Shown piece after piece: positions 58,501-64,000 of a stretch of 64,000 nucleotides of DNA. The DNA is from Bugula neritina. Lineage: Eukaryota > Animalia > Bryozoa. The notes beneath the pieces are model-generated. The model was not told the DNA's origin, ran no database searches, and saw nothing but the letters and a program-made list of their open reading frames with translations. Position 1 is the stretch's first letter; the number at the start of each line of letters is the position of its first letter. The DNA lies in the NCBI GenBank assembly GCA_964035545.1, contig OZ037772.1, positions 5,584,233 to 5,648,232 of the forward strand, read 5' to 3'. The position numbers were made by a program, and so were the translations under genes.

Positions 58501-60731
58501 ATACTGCATTGCAATCTCGATCCATCAGTCTTTTGCATTGCAATGCTGCTTTTTAGATGGTTTTGTTGGTGTCAAATATAGAATTGTTGTTGATTTCATT
58601 GTTCATTCTCAGCACTGCCATTCTCTATAACTATAACTATATACCTTCCAAACACCTGCTACACAGTGTCACAATATCTGGATTATATATGATACTGTTA
58701 GGTTGACACAATCAAGTCATATCGTGATATGAAGAAGGAGATTGATAGACTGTTGACAGAAGAGATTCCTAAGTTGGCACATTTTGATCTTGTAACATCT
58801 GTGGAGGTCAAAGGTCAGTTTTATATGTTATCCATGTAAAATAACTTAAAACAACATGTTGAATATATTCAATAAGTTGTTTTAAGTTATTTTGCATTCA
58901 ACATTCATAGTTCTATAGAACTATGAATGTTGTTCACCTTTATGACACTTTTTATCTAGCTGTATTCAAGTAGCACAATCAAGTAATTATATTTTGACTT
59001 GTTGAATTTGAGGTATATATGTATGTAAGGTATAGCTATGTTTTAAACTGTTACATTTTCATGATCTTGTATTTCACTCTATTGATCTGTGTTATAAAAA
59101 CACATTATAAATCATGTTTTAAATTAACATGGTGAAGGCACTATTATTTTCAAAAACTGGGTTTGTATTATTGCCACACTACACCCCTACAATATCCTAT
59201 TAAACTAAGTTATAAGGTAAATAATGGTAGTGGGGATCTTTAGTGTTTAATTTACACTGAAAGGGCGAGTGGCCTACATCTCCCCCAATCTGTAAGCTTC
59301 TCTCAACTACATTGTAGATTTACACACTTGTGCAATAGCTGTGCTTACTCTTGGAGAATACTAATACAAGTTTTTGATGAACATAACCTAATTTAATATA
59401 GTAGTATATCACTAAATAGAATATCATTAGAATTGATTTTAATATTTTGTTGACATGAAGGCAGCTGCTGATTTGTTTCCTGCAGTAAATTTTTTTCAAT
59501 AGTTGATTTCCATAAAAAAATTTGGTCTAAAAAGCCAAAATTATATTATTAATTTTTTAAAATGAAAAGTGCATGGTCATTGCAGTGCTGCTATAGCACT
59601 GCTGCTTGTGTAGTGATGCACAAAATATATACATGTATTTGCTTACTTATCTGCTAGTTTTTCTGATGTATCAGCTGTTTTATATTATATTACCTTGTCA
59701 TGCATGTCAATACTTTATTACAGAAGAGAAAAGAAATATAGAGATTGAGCTGACCAATGAAAGGACAGCAAGTATAACTCCTGAACAAGGACTAGTTCTC
59801 TCACCTCTACCACCCAAGTCTGTAGAACTGATAAAAGCTGTTGAAGTTTCTCCATTCTGCTATTCTGTCCACACCTATAAAGGTATCACATATGCTGGGT
59901 GTTATGAAGGTGTACACAGGATAGATGAGAACAACAAAGTAACTAAATCATTCATCTCTATTTATAAGTATGGAGGTGTGGAGAGTATCTCAGTACATAA
60001 TGATAGGATATATACTTTGTCTTCTGATTTAACTGTGAGAGTTCATGACCTTGAAGGGAGGTTCATTACCAGCTGGACTCATACAGATAATAAATCAAAT
60101 TGGCTAAACCAGCTTGTCATCATAAACAATCAGATAGCTATTCCTGACAGGCTGAATAAAACTCTAGTATTCTACTCTCTGAATGGGGAAGTAGTAAACA
60201 CTTTACCCTGTCCTCTACTCACTGATACTACTGTACGTCTGTCTGCTGCAGATAACAACTCAGTTATTATATCTCAGTATGACTCATCTCTAGTATACAA
60301 AGTAGACACCTCATCAGGTGACATCATCTGGCAGTGTAAGGATGTGGCTAGACCTCTTGGAGTGACCTGCTATAGAGATGAGTTTGTACTTGTGGTTGAT
60401 GATGCTGTACCTTCCTCACTCTGCGTACTATCATTACATACAGGTTAGTTACTGTGTAGAATATACATAGTGTATGAAATACATGTGTTATAATTTGATG
60501 AAATGAGTTCATTCATATTTATAGTTATTTGCTGCAAATAAACTGCACTCTCTTTATATTATCTTTGAGTCTTAAAAAAAGAACATCATGCTGTTTTTCT
60601 TGGCAGGCAAGTTACTAACCAGGATACTTACTGAAAACAGTTACATACCTGATCTCCACGTCACTGGCTCTACTCTAGTAGTTCCAGGTCATTCTTCTAA
60701 TAGACAAGTCAAGTTCTATCAGCTGAAGTGA
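55526..60731 (+). pseudogene. TRIM copy E: +2 frameshift in exon 2 (stop 56086-56088); exons 55526-55683, 56046-56213, 56844-57027, 57122-57306, 57494-57664, 58702-58813, 59724-60443, 60607-60731
   Basis: cctgatATaagtta vs cctgataagtta in other copies; remainder open from ATG 56094. Confidence 0.88.
58834..58932. repeat. Two abutting palindromes (58834-58897 imperfect; 58899-58932 perfect)
   Basis: Centres gaata|tattc and ttcta|tagaa. Confidence 0.88.
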
Positions 60732-63560
60732 AGGTGAACTAAATGGCTGGGATACTCTAATAAAGGTCAGTAAATGTTGTGAGAGGTGTACTGAGTGCCT
60801 TTCTAATTCATGTTTCTAATACTGCTTTGCATTGGTTGGTTTTGCATGGCATCTTATTGCATAATGCGCTGTGCTGTATTGCACTTTATTGCATATAAAA
60901 TTTATGCATATTGTATCAGATTACATAAATGTTAGTAAACCAGTAGTGGGCACATTATTACCAGTTATCTCCCCTGATTAGTTATCAATCAATAGTTAAA
61001 TTATAAGGCAACTGTTTACAATGCATACAATGTATACTAGCGTCTCATACTATTGTATATTATTATAACATGGCAGATATTGTATATACTAGACATCTCT
61101 GTTATGCTTTGTAGAACACAACATGTTGAGTCATACATAAGGAGTTACCTTCCCAGTACATCACTGCTTTAATCAGTCAACTAAGTCAGTTTACTTCACT
61201 ATAGACATCTGCATGTTTAACTTCCTACTTTACAGTGGACTACTAGACAGGCTATAACCATGTGATCTGTCAAAATTTTACAAGCACTATTTTTAATTCA
61301 TTGTTATCACTCAAGTTCTTGTACTGGTGCATTATATACCGGAAAATCCAGGCTATTGTGTGTTATATCAATTATACGCAATATATTTCTACAAATATGT
61401 AAACTTTATATAACAATCTTATTGATGGTGGCTACATATATATTATGTACTTTAAATTTGCAAAATTTTCTTTCCATTTCCTATTATCTTTTATCTTGAC
61501 TAAACTTTTGTTATTGGCAATTATCATGCCAAATTAATTGTGTCTATGTTTGCTGCCTTAGAACTTACTAATGTATCAGATTTTGTTATTAATATGGACA
61601 GATTACTGTATTGGAGATTGAGATGTGACATGCTGTGAAGCTGTTTTCATGGTTATGATCATATTATAAAGTTATTATTAGTAACAAGAAATAGCACATT
61701 ATATTCCCTTACTTATTTTAAGCAGCTCCTTTGATAAAAATAAAATTGCCTTTTATAATTAGCAATTGATTCTTTGTCTAATAAAGAGAAATTCAAAATT
61801 TTCTCCAGTTTTACATTGAATATTCTGTAATTATTTTGTTATCACCTTCTATAAAATATCACACATCCATTGGACATGTTACAAAAAGGAATTGGTCAGT
61901 AGTTCATAAACAATCAATTTTCGTTCAGTATATATATAAACTGTATTAGTAGTCTGCAAAAATTCTGATTTATAAAATGATGTGGAACCTATCTTAATGC
62001 AAGTGATTAAATTTTTTTTTCAGAGACTAAAGCCACTAATATAGCGTTATAATTTTCCTGATTATAATGTTTAGGGTGGATTCTTTATGCACTGTGTCCT
62101 GTTTGATTTACAGCTCCAAACACTTCACAGATGATACGAGAAAAAGTTTATATTTAATTCAATATACAAGTATTAATAAAAATACATTCAAATCCTATAA
62201 CACATTCACATGTCTACTATCTATCTCCACATACTATTCTCAACTGTTCTATATAAAACTGTCCGGAAGCATTCTGCTTCAAAGGGGGGGGGGGGGGTGG
62301 CGGCGGCGGGTGATCACGTGCTTTCATTTGATTGGCTTTAATGCACGTGTATAAGTAGTACGCTTCGTTGGCCACTACCATAGTTTGAGTGCAGGTAAAT
62401 TAGCCTTTTTATCTCCAGTTTATTATTTAATTCGTTATTAAGTGATATTGTAAGCTGGAATTAAAGCTTTCACTAAAAAGCTCTCGCTACAAAAGATATG
62501 GCAGCTGATATTTTTACAAACCTAAACTACTCTTCATTTGGCAAAAAAGCAAACAATTTCTATCTACAAAGTATTGACATACAGAAATATTATTCTTTTT
62601 CAGTAAGTTATCTTTATATAGAATTTGAATGTTATATAATAAAAGCAGAGATGAAGCCAAAACAGTGTTTGCTGCACACAAGAAACAAGTTCCAGATAAA
62701 GTTTTGTCAACCATCACATTCCGTTCACCAAAACTCTTTAAACATTTCTACAAACTCAAATTGATTTCCATGCAGCAACAACAATCAAACTGACATGCTA
62801 TATATCAAGTTCTGCAGATCATAATATTATATAAACTTTAATGCTTTGATATAACTTTTTGCGTACCTCTTAAGTAACCAATTCCATCTCTACTAGTAAA
62901 CATTGTACAAAGCATATTATCTCTACTAGCAATTGAAGTTGTATCCTGTGAAGAGTTACCTTTTTATATTATTGTAGGCAGAGCTGTTTAAGATGTGAGA
63001 TAGGAAGATCTTTAGTCTGAGTAGTTATAGAAATTTATTAGGAACCATGTTTTGTCTTTAATAGTCTTAACACTCTATTACATGCTACATGAGTTAGCCT
63101 ACAATATTCATGTACTTTCACTCAACATATACAAGCAACACTTTATGTAGCTGTATGGTCACTTGTTATAAATAAGACTAAACTAAATTAGAAATGATAA
63201 ATATCCTTGAGAGAGCTTTACTAGTAAATAAGTCATATTTTCTTGTATTGATGGAAAGAAAACAACATCATTCAATAGTTGGCAAATAATTGGGTTCTAT
63301 GTACAATAAGATCTATGAATGCTAATAATTAACCTATAAAAGAAATCCACTATTCTGATTGGACACACAAAAAGTGTGTTAATTAATAACTCCGCCTTAA
63401 TTGGATATTCCAGTTTCCTGCAATTAGGTAATGGGTTGTTTATAAAAGTTCAATTATTAAGACTTGGCTTTGTAGCTTTCACGCTGTCGATTTAGGGTAT
63501 ACGCACACTTACACTCTTTTTTCCTTGATTTTTACAATAATTGTGCTCATAATTATAGAG

Positions 63561-63725
63561 AAGTTACTAACTAAGACATCTACTGAAAAAAACAACATAC
63601 CTCATCTAGATTGGCTCTACTCTATAGTAGTTCCAGCAAGCTCTTGTATAAAAGGGACAAGTTAAATTTCATCAGCTGAAGTGAAAGTGAACTAATAGAC
63701 TGGATACTCTAAAAATGGTCAGTAA
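63561..63725 (+). pseudogene. Second orphan TRIM last-exon remnant
   Basis: Near-identical to 50926-51085. Confidence 0.85.
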
Positions 63726-64000
63726 TTTTTGTTGCAATATTTCCCCTTTTATGTATTTATAGTATCACTTTGCATATGGTGTTATATTGAATTGCGTCAT
63801 GTTATATATTATGTTATATTGCATTGTATTTTATTGTACTGTGTTATATTTGTGATCTATAGCCTATTGTATTATTGTGTCACATTCTAAACTGTATTAT
63901 ATTTTACTGATTTTGTATGTAATAAATGGTAGTAAACCAGTAGTGTACGAACTACCAGTTATCTCCAGTTGTTTATTTATCAACTGATAGTCAAATTATA

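Noticed and set aside
62498-62764. Recurrent MAADI... ORF downstream of each TRIM
   Set aside because: Frame is broken by indels in most copies (11622, 21711, 39915, 49913); recurrence reflects duplication, not coding constraint.

Overview
AT-rich, intron-containing eukaryotic (most likely invertebrate animal) DNA; the organism cannot be identified from sequence alone. The window holds a tandem array of five 8-coding-exon TRIM genes on + (RING, B-box1, B-box2, coiled coil, C-terminal NHL-like beta-propeller). Two copies are intact, one is C-terminally clipped and two are disrupted; there are also two orphan last-exon remnants. The propeller exon is hypervariable at discrete loop positions and the copies are mosaics of each other. 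Three unrelated upstream regions each carry ISRE/IRF-type and/or kappaB-type motifs, suggesting an inducible, diversifying innate-immune receptor family. A ~29 kb segmental duplication unit also carries an apparently chimeric gene: prostaglandin E synthase 2 (PTGES2) exons lacking their C-terminus, followed across a 26-bp minisatellite by synaptotagmin-type C2 exons lacking their N-terminus, joinable in frame. In the complete copy a 2.3 kb foldback hAT-type element (8-bp TSD) sits immediately after the ATG. Also present: a solo LTR, tRNA-derived SINE-like fragments, mini/microsatellites and two unusual double-palindrome (X-X'-Y'-Y) intronic scars. All exon structures were derived by hand from GT-AG boundaries, frame continuity and cross-copy comparison; no expression data or database searches were available.
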